32,943 bases of DNA from the IMG/VR virus record IMGVR_UViG_3300002220_000147; one strand, given 5' to 3'. Source of the DNA: an uncultured virus (IMG/VR IMGVR_UViG_3300002220_000147). Taxonomy: Duplodnaviria; Heunggongvirae; Uroviricota; Caudoviricetes; Crassvirales. Made by a program: the position numbers and the translations under genes. Shown in pieces: positions 1-8,521 of the stretch. A model generated the notes under the pieces. It worked only from the letters and a program-made list of their open reading frames with translations. It made no database searches and was not told the DNA's origin. How positions within the stretch are numbered: the first letter of the stretch is position 1; every line of letters starts with the position of its first letter.

Positions 1-32
1 TTAATAAATTAATTGAAATAATAGAAACCCCT

Positions 33-293
33 ATGAAAGCCTCTGTAACCACAATAGCAGGCTTGATAACAGGATATGTTCCAACTACTGTAAATAATAT
101 GTCTAATATAACAAACAACAGCATAGATACAATTTTTCAACATACTGTGTGGACATTGACAATATTAGTCGCTATTACAGCGTTAATTACATGGACACAA
201 AAACAGATATTTTTTTATAGGAAAAAACATCCTTCTAAAAAGGTTGAAAATAAAAGCATATATGATATGCCAGAAGAAGAAGATAATGATTAA
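33..293 (+). CDS. small membrane protein, possible holin/antiholin
   Basis: One hydrophobic segment (VWTLTILVAITALITW) followed by a basic stretch and an acidic tail; lies upstream of the amidase. Function inferred from context only. Confidence 0.55.
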   Translation: MKASVTTIAGLITGYVPTTVNNMSNITNNSIDTIFQHTVWTLTILVAITALITWTQKQIFFYRKKHPSKKVENKSIYDMPEEEDND

Positions 294-313
294 TAACTAA
301 AAAGAAGAAGACC

Positions 314-595
314 ATGAAAAATCAAGTTGCAATGTACATTTACAATAATGCTCAACCATTAAAATCACTGGGAGGATTTGATTTGGCTAAAGCTATTGTG
401 CTTAATCTTAAAAAAATTGAGACTGAGCTAATTGAAGTAATAAAGGAAATGGTAAAGGATAAAGAAAACCCTGAAGAAATCTTAACAGAAGTTTTTAGTA
501 AGGATTGTGACATTAAATTTTTACCCGTAACTGAAGAAATGTTACCTAAAGATATTACTGTAGAGCAGTATAATCTTTTAATTAATTGGATGTAA
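314..595 (+). CDS. hypothetical phage protein
   Basis: 93-aa ORF tightly packed in the operon with an A-rich leader; no recognised motif. Confidence 0.65.
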   Translation: MKNQVAMYIYNNAQPLKSLGGFDLAKAIVLNLKKIETELIEVIKEMVKDKENPEEILTEVFSKDCDIKFLPVTEEMLPKDITVEQYNLLINWM

Positions 596-598
596 AAA

Positions 599-931
599 AT
601 GTGGATACCAGATATAATAAGAAATAGAGAACAATTTCAAAGAGATATTATAAAAAGTGGTTCGGGAATATCCTCAAAATCATATGTAATGGTAGAGGGT
701 ATGAAGATATCTAAACTTATTATATACTGGTATCTTATAGTTTTAACCATAGAAATGTTTACTGACTATGTATTAAGAAGTAGTTGGTTAGATTTTGTTG
801 CAGTAATAGGAGCTTTGAGTGCATTGATTCTTGCGGCTGCATGGGGTAAAACTAAGAGTGAGCAGGCTTATTATAGAAGATATAATTATGATTCGGATTC
901 TCAAGAATCTGGAGAGCCTGAAGATAAATAA
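599..931 (+). CDS. putative holin (two predicted TM helices)
   Basis: Two hydrophobic segments (LIIYWYLIVLTIEMF; FVAVIGALSALILAAAWG) and a charged C-terminus; immediately upstream of the endolysin. Confidence 0.6.
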   Translation: MWIPDIIRNREQFQRDIIKSGSGISSKSYVMVEGMKISKLIIYWYLIVLTIEMFTDYVLRSSWLDFVAVIGALSALILAAAWGKTKSEQAYYRRYNYDSDSQESGEPEDK

Positions 932-947
932 AATTTAAATTAAAGAC

Positions 948-1430
948 ATGAAGAAGAAAATTAAGTTTTTAGTAATACATTGTACTGCTACTCCTGAGGG
1001 TAGAGAAGTTACAATACAAGATATTAAAAAGTGGCATCTATCTCCACCACCTGTTGGAAGAGGGTGGAAGCAGGTTGGTTATACAGATTTATTTCATTTA
1101 GATGGAAGTATTACAAGACTTGCTAAAAATAATGAAGATGCTTATGTGGATTCTTGGGAAATTACAAATGGAGTAGCTGGTATAAATTCAGTCAGCAGAC
1201 ATATTGTATATGCAGGAGGATTAGATAAAAAAACTAAAAAACCTAAAGATACAAGAACTGATGAACAAATGGAGTCTTTAGCTCAATATATTATATATTT
1301 TATACAAGATAATCCTGATGTATTAATCGCAGGACATTACCATTTTGCAAATAAAGCCTGCCCTTGTTTTGATGTTCCTGAATGGTTAGAATCAATTGGT
1401 GTTCCAAATCGTAATATTCTAAAGAAATGA
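948..1430 (+). CDS. N-acetylmuramoyl-L-alanine amidase (Amidase_2 / T7 lysozyme-like endolysin)
   Basis: Motifs VIHCTAT, GW..VGY, GH and KACPCF match the Zn-amidase ligand pattern (H, Y, H, C). Confidence 0.92.
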   Translation: MKKKIKFLVIHCTATPEGREVTIQDIKKWHLSPPPVGRGWKQVGYTDLFHLDGSITRLAKNNEDAYVDSWEITNGVAGINSVSRHIVYAGGLDKKTKKPKDTRTDEQMESLAQYIIYFIQDNPDVLIAGHYHFANKACPCFDVPEWLESIGVPNRNILKK

Positions 1431-1951
1431 AAAAAATAATTATATTTATAGGTTTATTGACTATGTTATCTTCTTGTGTAACACAAAAAGCCTGTAATAA
1501 AAAGTACCCACCTGAAGTAATAACAGAAATAGCTGAAAAGATTATTATCAGAGATTCAATAGTAGAAAAAATAATAAATGTTCCTGTATATATAAAGGGA
1601 GATACTATTAATAATTATGATACTGTTGTATTAAACAAATATACTGGATTAATTAATTCTAAACCTGTATACGCAGAAACTGAGTTTTCTAAAGCTGAAG
1701 CACAGGTTATTAATAGTAGACTTAGTTTAGAACTTATCCAAAAGGATACATTGTTTTCAGTACAGGCAATAGCGAAAGAAGCTTATTATTGGAGAGAAAA
1801 ATATAGAGAAGAACTAACTAAAACAGTTAAAGAGGTAAGATATATACCTAATTTTTATCATGTAATGGGGATAATAGGAGTTATCAGTTCTGTTTTATTC
1901 TTGGTATGGCTCATATTTAAACTATTTAAGAAACCAAAATTATTCTTATGA
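1427..1951 (+). CDS. lipoprotein with C-terminal TM helix, putative unimolecular spanin
   Basis: Signal peptide with lipobox LSS-C17; C-terminal hydrophobic helix (VMGIIGVISSVLFLVWLIF) and Lys-rich tail; ATGA overlap with the amidase gene. Confidence 0.65.
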   Translation: MKKIIIFIGLLTMLSSCVTQKACNKKYPPEVITEIAEKIIIRDSIVEKIINVPVYIKGDTINNYDTVVLNKYTGLINSKPVYAETEFSKAEAQVINSRLSLELIQKDTLFSVQAIAKEAYYWREKYREELTKTVKEVRYIPNFYHVMGIIGVISSVLFLVWLIFKLFKKPKLFL

Positions 1952-2679
1952 CACTATCTGAACTATACAATGAATTGTGGTTAGATGTAAACTCATCTCA
2001 ATCAGATGATTCAGTTCTTGATGAAAGGCTCTTAAAACATTTTATACATAAAGTACGTGCAGTATTTGTAAGAAATGAATTAAATAAATCTCATAGGACA
2101 GTTGATGCTTCATTAATACAAGATTTAGGTCTTGTAGAATTGGAAGCTGTAAGTGATTTTACCCCTTCTGATATAACTAATATTGAGCATAAGATATTAA
2201 GGACTGTACAAGACATTCCTAAACCACTTGAACTACATACTAAACAAGCGTTCACTTATATAGGCTCATTAAGTCAAACCAGCAAAGGGTTTAAAATAGT
2301 GGATATTGCTAATATGCCTTATGTAGGAAATGGTAAATTCAATAAGAACTTTATGTATGCTTTTATAATGAACAATAAAATTCATATAATAGGTAACTGC
2401 AACAATACTGCATTTAAAGGACTTAAGTATATTAATATAAAAGGAGTGTTTGAAAATCCTGAAGATGCTTCAAAATTTAATAAGCCTGATGGAACTCCTT
2501 GTTATTCAGATAATGAAGAATACCCACTTCCTTTGTATATGTGGAATTATATTAAAAATGAAATTATTAAGTCTGATCTTAGACAATTTTACGTACCAAT
2601 TGAAGATGTACTGAATAATGCTAATAATGATATAAATAGAATGAACATACCTGTTTCTAATGAAAAAGATAAAGACTGA
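1948..2679 (+). CDS. crAss-like structural protein, probable tail ring/adaptor protein
   Basis: Ends with a 'GVFENPE...C....EYPLP' pattern that I recognise from Crassvirales ring proteins; positioned before the IHF-like, tail-tube and muzzle genes. Confidence 0.65.
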   Translation: MTLSELYNELWLDVNSSQSDDSVLDERLLKHFIHKVRAVFVRNELNKSHRTVDASLIQDLGLVELEAVSDFTPSDITNIEHKILRTVQDIPKPLELHTKQAFTYIGSLSQTSKGFKIVDIANMPYVGNGKFNKNFMYAFIMNNKIHIIGNCNNTAFKGLKYINIKGVFENPEDASKFNKPDGTPCYSDNEEYPLPLYMWNYIKNEIIKSDLRQFYVPIEDVLNNANNDINRMNIPVSNEKDKD

Positions 2680-3184
2680 TTATAATTCTTATACTATATA
2701 TAAAAAGTATTGTGAGGATACAGGAAATCCTAGAAAGTTATCAAAGAAACAGTATTCAGGAATTCTTAAAGAGTTTTTTAAAAAGATTATAGATTCTATG
2801 ATAATGCAAGCTGTAGAATTTACTTTTCCTCATAGACTTGGTAATTTAAGAATTAAAAAAACTAAGATTAAAATAAAACTTGATAATAAAGGAAATCTTG
2901 ATAAATCAAGGCTTGCTCCTGATTGGGGAGCTTGTAGAAAATTATGGGCTAAAGAATATCCTGGAAAAAGCCTTAAGGAAATTAAAGAAATTAAAGACAA
3001 GCCAATGATATATCATACTAACAGGCATACTGATGGATATAGGCATAAATGGCATTGGGATAAAACTACATGTCTTGTAAAAAACAACTCAGCGTATAGT
3101 CTTGAAATGTGCAGAGCTGTTGATAGAAAATTAGCCAAGGCTTTAAAAGACGAAAATTTATCTCTTGATTATTCACTATTTTAA
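2660..3184 (+). CDS. IHF/HU-like DNA-binding protein (crAss-like)
   Basis: Very basic; a helix followed by FTFPHRLGNLRIKK resembles the HU/IHF beta-arm entry; an IHF-like gene at this position is typical of crAss-like tail modules. Confidence 0.7.
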   Translation: MKKIKTDYNSYTIYKKYCEDTGNPRKLSKKQYSGILKEFFKKIIDSMIMQAVEFTFPHRLGNLRIKKTKIKIKLDNKGNLDKSRLAPDWGACRKLWAKEYPGKSLKEIKEIKDKPMIYHTNRHTDGYRHKWHWDKTTCLVKNNSAYSLEMCRAVDRKLAKALKDENLSLDYSLF

Positions 3185-3194
3185 AATAAAAAAT

Positions 3195-3494
3195 ATGAGT
3201 TACTTAGAAAAAAGCTCTGATAATCCATCTAAAAAAAGATACAAAAGATGGTCTAAAGAATTAAGTGCTAATGGAATAACTGAAAGAGTTGAGGTTGAAG
3301 AAGTATCCAACGGATTTATTATTTCTATAGTCAAGTATGGTAAGGAAGAAAATTCTGAAAAATATATTGATATATGTACAAAAAAGATAAGTACAACTAA
3401 CCCATTTGAAAATAAGCCTAAAGAAGATTCAGATAATGAATCATTTGATGGTTTAATGAAAAGTGCTATTAATAGTATGGATAATTATTTATAA
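3195..3494 (+). CDS. hypothetical protein
   Basis: ATG at 3195 after A-rich AAATAAAAAAT is preferred over the ORF-track start at 3165, which overlaps the upstream gene. Confidence 0.65.
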   Translation: MSYLEKSSDNPSKKRYKRWSKELSANGITERVEVEEVSNGFIISIVKYGKEENSEKYIDICTKKISTTNPFENKPKEDSDNESFDGLMKSAINSMDNYL

Positions 3495-3530
3495 TAATTC
3501 TATAGAGTAATAATTAAAATAATAATAAAA

Positions 3531-4289
3531 ATGTTAAACCCAGGATACACTAGTATAGAAAGAGTAGTTGAAAATGTTATTAGAGATACAGGTTTCACTG
3601 ATGAGATTAGTTGGCCTGATATTGTTGAATGGGTATTTATTGCTCAAGAATTAATTAATGTTCCAAATGCCTATGTTAAAAAAGTAACAGATGGTAATGA
3701 AGATTACGGGCACTACTCCCCTATAGAAATAATAAACTATAGGGGGGAACTACCGTGTGATTTTCATAAACTTGTTGATATAAGAGAACATTGTAGTAAA
3801 ATGCAGGTTAATCATAATACAGATACATTTGCTATTAGTAATAATAATCCATCATTTTCTTTAAATACAAGCATAACTTATACAATTAACAACAATTATA
3901 TATTTACCAATATAGAATCTGGATTTTTAGAAATAGTTTATTGGGCATTTCCAACTGATGATAATGGGCTTCCAATGATTCCTGATGATGTATATTATAT
4001 TAGAGCAATAGAAACTTATCTTACAGAAAGAATAGGTAGAAAATTATGGATACAGGGAAAATTAGCAAGAGATGTATATCAACTATTTGAACAGGATTGG
4101 TTATGGTACGCAGGTAAAGTAAGAGCTAAAGAAGCTATGCCTTCTCTTGCTCAACTTGAAAGTTTAAAGAATCAAATATTAAGACTTAACCAATCAACGA
4201 TACAGCGTAAAGCTAACTATACAGCTCTTGGAAATCCTGAAGAAATGTATGTACAAGGCAGAAGAAGAATAAACAGACCGTTAATTTAA
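3531..4289 (+). CDS. tail tubular / ring protein (P22 gp4-like, crAss Ttub/R1)
   Basis: Motifs GELPCDF and Y.AFPTDDNGLPMIPD; immediately upstream of the muzzle gene, as in Crassvirales. Confidence 0.75.
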   Translation: MLNPGYTSIERVVENVIRDTGFTDEISWPDIVEWVFIAQELINVPNAYVKKVTDGNEDYGHYSPIEIINYRGELPCDFHKLVDIREHCSKMQVNHNTDTFAISNNNPSFSLNTSITYTINNNYIFTNIESGFLEIVYWAFPTDDNGLPMIPDDVYYIRAIETYLTERIGRKLWIQGKLARDVYQLFEQDWLWYAGKVRAKEAMPSLAQLESLKNQILRLNQSTIQRKANYTALGNPEEMYVQGRRRINRPLI

Positions 4290-4299
4290 TATAAAAATA

Positions 4300-7200
4300 A
4301 TGCAGAAAAAGTTTGGATTTAGTAAGGGTATGCGCCAGAGTATTAGTCCTAATAAAGCTAATCCTGATAGTTATTATGAAGCTCTTAATAAAAGAGTTAT
4401 AGTAGATAATAAATCAGGTTCAATAGCACTTACCGATGAACCTGGGACTAAATTACTATTAACTATACCTGAAACCAGACCTGTATATACTGTAGAACTT
4501 GATTTAGAAGAATCTTCAATAGATGCTACTTTATCTTTTTATACAGATTCAGGAAGTATATCTGTTTATTTCAATAATTCTTCTGATATAAATACAGTAT
4601 ATTCTAAATTATTAGAAGATGTTTCTCTACAATTATTGATTAATTCTAATAAATTATATTACGGACTTAGGGGTAACAAGATTATATTTGTATATCTAAA
4701 TGATACTTCCGGAGGACTTACTTTAGCAGGTGACGGATTAATAATTACAACAGTAGTTCCAACCCAAACAGAAATGTCCATTATAGCAACAGCCAGTTTG
4801 AGAGATTGGCTGATATTGTTTACTCGTAGTGGTATATATGGACAAATATGGAAATGTAATTATTCAATTGACGGAACAATCTCTATAAATTCTGCAGATA
4901 ATCTTGTCTATAATAATGTAATGTATCCTGATTTATCTGCAAATTATGAAATATATGATGTAGTAGGTAGATATGATAATGACAATCTAGGCAAAATATA
5001 TTGGTCTAACTCTATAGACAATATTAACCATCTTAATATTCTCGATAAAAACAGTTTAGTTTTACCTATAGAATTGTTAAGTATTACTCCTGATTGTAGT
5101 TTAAATCAACCAAAAATAGTTGATGTAACTTCAGGCGGATTATATTATGCCGGAATGGTACAATATGGTTATCAACTATATAATCTTAATGGAGCTGAAA
5201 CTGTTATATCTCCATTAAGTGGGTTAGTACATCTTACAGAATCCAATTCTAACCTTACCTATACTCTTGATTATAAGGGTACTGAGAATGGTGAACAGGC
5301 AGGTAAAGCTGTATCAATCAAAGTAGAAAATATTGATAAAAAGTTTGAGTTTATCAAAATAATTGCAGTATTTTATACTTCTGAAGAAGGAGAACCTGAA
5401 GTTAATGTCGTGTATGAAGGGAATATTCCACATTCAGGTACTCTTAATGTCGTGGATGCAGGAGATACAGTGTTGTCTGTATATACTCCTGCACAATTAA
5501 ACAGTATAGGAACTAAAATATTTTCTCCTAAATTACTAACAACTAAAGATAATTTCTTAATTGCAGGAAATATAACAGATAAATATTTTGATGTTGATGA
5601 AGAATTAGGGTATTATTGGGATGCAAGGACTTATAGATTTGGGCCCAATTCAGGTGGACTTGGAAGTACAGCCAAAATAAAATATGTAGGGGGATCTGAT
5701 GAATTTGTTAATAATGAATTTACATTACCTTTTTCAGTTCCTGTACCTGAAACTCATGATTGTTATTTAAGTAAAGAAGATCAAGATATATTTAAATATA
5801 AGGTTGGTGGTACAGTTCTTGGAGGCAGCGGCCCCAAGATATCTTATGGTTTTAGATTACAACCAATTCAAATTGATGTAACTACTAATACGGGTAAGTA
5901 TATTATTACTGATAAAGTAAGCAGTAATAGACAAAAATGGGGAACTCCCGGTACTCCTGATTTTATAGAAAGTGGATATTCAGATAATAATAGTTTTAGT
6001 AATTACGCCTCTCCCATAAATCAAGCAGAAATAGTCGGCTATCAAAGAAATGAGATTTATAGGGTTGGTATAGTATTTTTTGATGATAAGGGCAGACAAT
6101 CCTTTGTTAAGTGGGTTGGAGATATTAAAATGCCAGTTGTAAATGATACTGAAACATCTATAACCCACTATCAAAACCAAGTAGCTGGAACATCTCCTGC
6201 TTACACATACGATATTTATTTTAGATGTCAGGGAGATGGTTCTACTTATGCAAATGTATTAGGATTAGATTTTAAATTTAATTTTACTGATATTCCTTCT
6301 ACTTGGAAAGCAGCTATTGTTAGAGCAAGGCGTGAAGATATAGATAAAACTATTGTTTCACAAGGAACTATAACTCCTGGATTGTGGAATTCTTACAAAG
6401 AGGCTGTACAAAATATTCCTGATTACCTTATGTACACCATGGAAGCTTATGATAATTTAGCTTCAATACATAAAAGTGCAAGAGGAATTTTATTTTATTA
6501 TTCTCCGGAACATAAATTTAATAAAACTATTAACAAAACATCTACTGATATTATAAAGGTAGTTTCTTCAGTTGAATCTAACAGGCTGCAAAATGATTAT
6601 CCAGACGCTCCAGGTAATTATTGGAGAAGTTATAAATTTCCTTCTGCAGATTATGGAAGTACAGGAATTTCAAAGGGAGTTACAGATATAGTTCAGGCTG
6701 GAATAGGGGCAGATTCTGTTTATACTTTAGATGTGGGTAGTACAACTACACGAGTAACTAACTTTGTCTGGTATGATGCCGCAGGCAACGATGTAAATGA
6801 TTGGAGTGATCCATTTGTATATTCAGGCAGTTGTGTTATATTAGGATTGGAAGATAATGATTATTTATCATTGGGTGATAATGTTATTGTAAATTACGAA
6901 AGAACTTTATTATCTCAATATGGAGGATTTAATTACATTAGTAAGCAAAATACTTCATATATACTAGCAGGAAAACTAAGAAACTGTGCTGTTGATAGAG
7001 GAAGTGTTGTATTCGGAGGAGATACTTTTATAGAATTATTTGATTTTCTCCATACTATGCATACACAAGGAAATAAGTATGTTAGCAGTGATTGGTACAA
7101 CTTCAGACATAAAAGCTCAGTGTATGTTCCTGTAGAAACTACTATTAATTTGGCATTAAGACATGATACTTGTACAAGTAAAGATGTGTTTGCTTCAGAT

Positions 7201-8415
7201 AATCCTAAATTAAATGAAACTATTCAACAAGGATTTATAGAATGGCCTAAGGGTAATCCTGATGGAGCATATCCTTCTAACTTAACAGATTTATATTTAT
7301 ACAACAGAGTGTATTCAAAACAACCTACAGGTAAAATATATGTAGGAAAACCTTTTAATTTTAGATTAGTAGAATATAAAGATTGCGAAGTTGTCTCAAG
7401 TGAAAGATTCATACAAGGAGAATTAATAGACAGCTGGACTAGATTTTTATTTAATAATAAACTTACAGTAAATAGTAATAACGGAGCATTATCTAAACTT
7501 CATGTATTTAGAAATCAGGTAATGTTTTGGCAAGATAAGGCATTTGGATTATTTAGTTTTAACGATAGAAAACTTATAACAGATCCCAATGGTACTCAAT
7601 TAATATTAGGTGTAGGTTCAGTCCTTGAATATTTTCAGTATATATCTGAAATGTCTGGCACTAAATTTACAAGATCAGTAGTAGATTCTGGTGCAGCCTT
7701 ATACTACTATGATGATACTAATCATAAGTTAATGATGACTCAGGGGGGTGCAGAAGAATCTATATCTGATATAGCAGATTGTTCACCACTATTTAAGAGA
7801 AGTGAGTTTGATAATCCTATTGATGTAATTGGAGTATTTGATAAGACTACAAGAAGGGTATTGATAGTTGCTAAGGAAAGCGCAACTCCTACAGGTATTA
7901 CAATAGGCTTTAATGAAAGATTACAAGCCTTTGAAAGTACTTATAGTTTTGTACCTAATATTATCACCTCACACGATGGTAGATTAATAGCTGTTAGTTA
8001 TACTGAACCTAATAAAGTATATGAGCATAATGATGAATCAATCCCTAATAGATTTTATGGTAGTGCTCCTGCTGAGGGATATATTTCAATAGTTGCGGGA
8101 GATGATGAAGATAAATTATTTACTAATGTTGAGTTTAATAGTGTAAGTAAAAATGCTACTACTGAGTATCCGTTAGTTACAGTTAATAACATGCAACTTG
8201 AAAATTCATATACAGCCTCTTCTAAACTACCTTTAATTCAAAATTCTAATCTAAGAAGAAGATTCAGATCCTGGAGAATACAATTACCAAGAGATAATGA
8301 AGGTGTAAGATACTTAGATAGTTATCTAAAACTTACATTATTTAATACACCTACTAATAATTCTAATTTAAGATTAGAAGATATAATTATTTATTATTTA
8401 ATTCCTATCTTGTAA
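4300..8415 (+). CDS. tail stabilisation / muzzle protein (P22 gp10-like, crAss Tstab)
   Basis: 1371 aa, beta-rich; motifs GYQRNEIYRVGIVFFDDKGRQSFVKWVGDIKMP, FGGDTFI, DSWTRF and RRRFRSWRIQLPR; follows the tail tube gene. Confidence 0.82.
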   Translation: MQKKFGFSKGMRQSISPNKANPDSYYEALNKRVIVDNKSGSIALTDEPGTKLLLTIPETRPVYTVELDLEESSIDATLSFYTDSGSISVYFNNSSDINTVYSKLLEDVSLQLLINSNKLYYGLRGNKIIFVYLNDTSGGLTLAGDGLIITTVVPTQTEMSIIATASLRDWLILFTRSGIYGQIWKCNYSIDGTISINSADNLVYNNVMYPDLSANYEIYDVVGRYDNDNLGKIYWSNSIDNINHLNILDKNSLVLPIELLSITPDCSLNQPKIVDVTSGGLYYAGMVQYGYQLYNLNGAETVISPLSGLVHLTESNSNLTYTLDYKGTENGEQAGKAVSIKVENIDKKFEFIKIIAVFYTSEEGEPEVNVVYEGNIPHSGTLNVVDAGDTVLSVYTPAQLNSIGTKIFSPKLLTTKDNFLIAGNITDKYFDVDEELGYYWDARTYRFGPNSGGLGSTAKIKYVGGSDEFVNNEFTLPFSVPVPETHDCYLSKEDQDIFKYKVGGTVLGGSGPKISYGFRLQPIQIDVTTNTGKYIITDKVSSNRQKWGTPGTPDFIESGYSDNNSFSNYASPINQAEIVGYQRNEIYRVGIVFFDDKGRQSFVKWVGDIKMPVVNDTETSITHYQNQVAGTSPAYTYDIYFRCQGDGSTYANVLGLDFKFNFTDIPSTWKAAIVRARREDIDKTIVSQGTITPGLWNSYKEAVQNIPDYLMYTMEAYDNLASIHKSARGILFYYSPEHKFNKTINKTSTDIIKVVSSVESNRLQNDYPDAPGNYWRSYKFPSADYGSTGISKGVTDIVQAGIGADSVYTLDVGSTTTRVTNFVWYDAAGNDVNDWSDPFVYSGSCVILGLEDNDYLSLGDNVIVNYERTLLSQYGGFNYISKQNTSYILAGKLRNCAVDRGSVVFGGDTFIELFDFLHTMHTQGNKYVSSDWYNFRHKSSVYVPVETTINLALRHDTCTSKDVFASDNPKLNETIQQGFIEWPKGNPDGAYPSNLTDLYLYNRVYSKQPTGKIYVGKPFNFRLVEYKDCEVVSSERFIQGELIDSWTRFLFNNKLTVNSNNGALSKLHVFRNQVMFWQDKAFGLFSFNDRKLITDPNGTQLILGVGSVLEYFQYISEMSGTKFTRSVVDSGAALYYYDDTNHKLMMTQGGAEESISDIADCSPLFKRSEFDNPIDVIGVFDKTTRRVLIVAKESATPTGITIGFNERLQAFESTYSFVPNIITSHDGRLIAVSYTEPNKVYEHNDESIPNRFYGSAPAEGYISIVAGDDEDKLFTNVEFNSVSKNATTEYPLVTVNNMQLENSYTASSKLPLIQNSNLRRRFRSWRIQLPRDNEGVRYLDSYLKLTLFNTPTNNSNLRLEDIIIYYLIPIL

Positions 8416-8439
8416 TGATAGAAAATAACACCTTAAATA

Positions 8440-8471
8440 TTTGCATTTCAAATTAAAATTTATTACTTTTG
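8440..8471 (+). promoter_or_regulatory. Bacteroidota primary-sigma promoter (-33/-7)
   Basis: TTTG at 8440-8443, a 20-nt spacer, then TACTTTTG at 8464-8471. This fits the consensus TTTG-N19-21-TAnnTTTG and lies in the only sizeable intergenic gap of the + strand block. Confidence 0.8.
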
Positions 8472-8477
8472 TACACT

Positions 8478-8505
8478 GAGCTTAGAATTTCAACAATCTA
8501 AGCTC
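8478..8505 (+). other. hairpin in the 5' leader of the cargo/RNAP gene block
   Basis: Perfect 9-bp inverted repeat GAGCTTAGA (8478-8486) / TCTAAGCTC (8497-8505) with a 10-nt loop, followed by TTTAA. Confidence 0.65.
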
Positions 8506-8521
8506 TTTAACTTATAAAATT

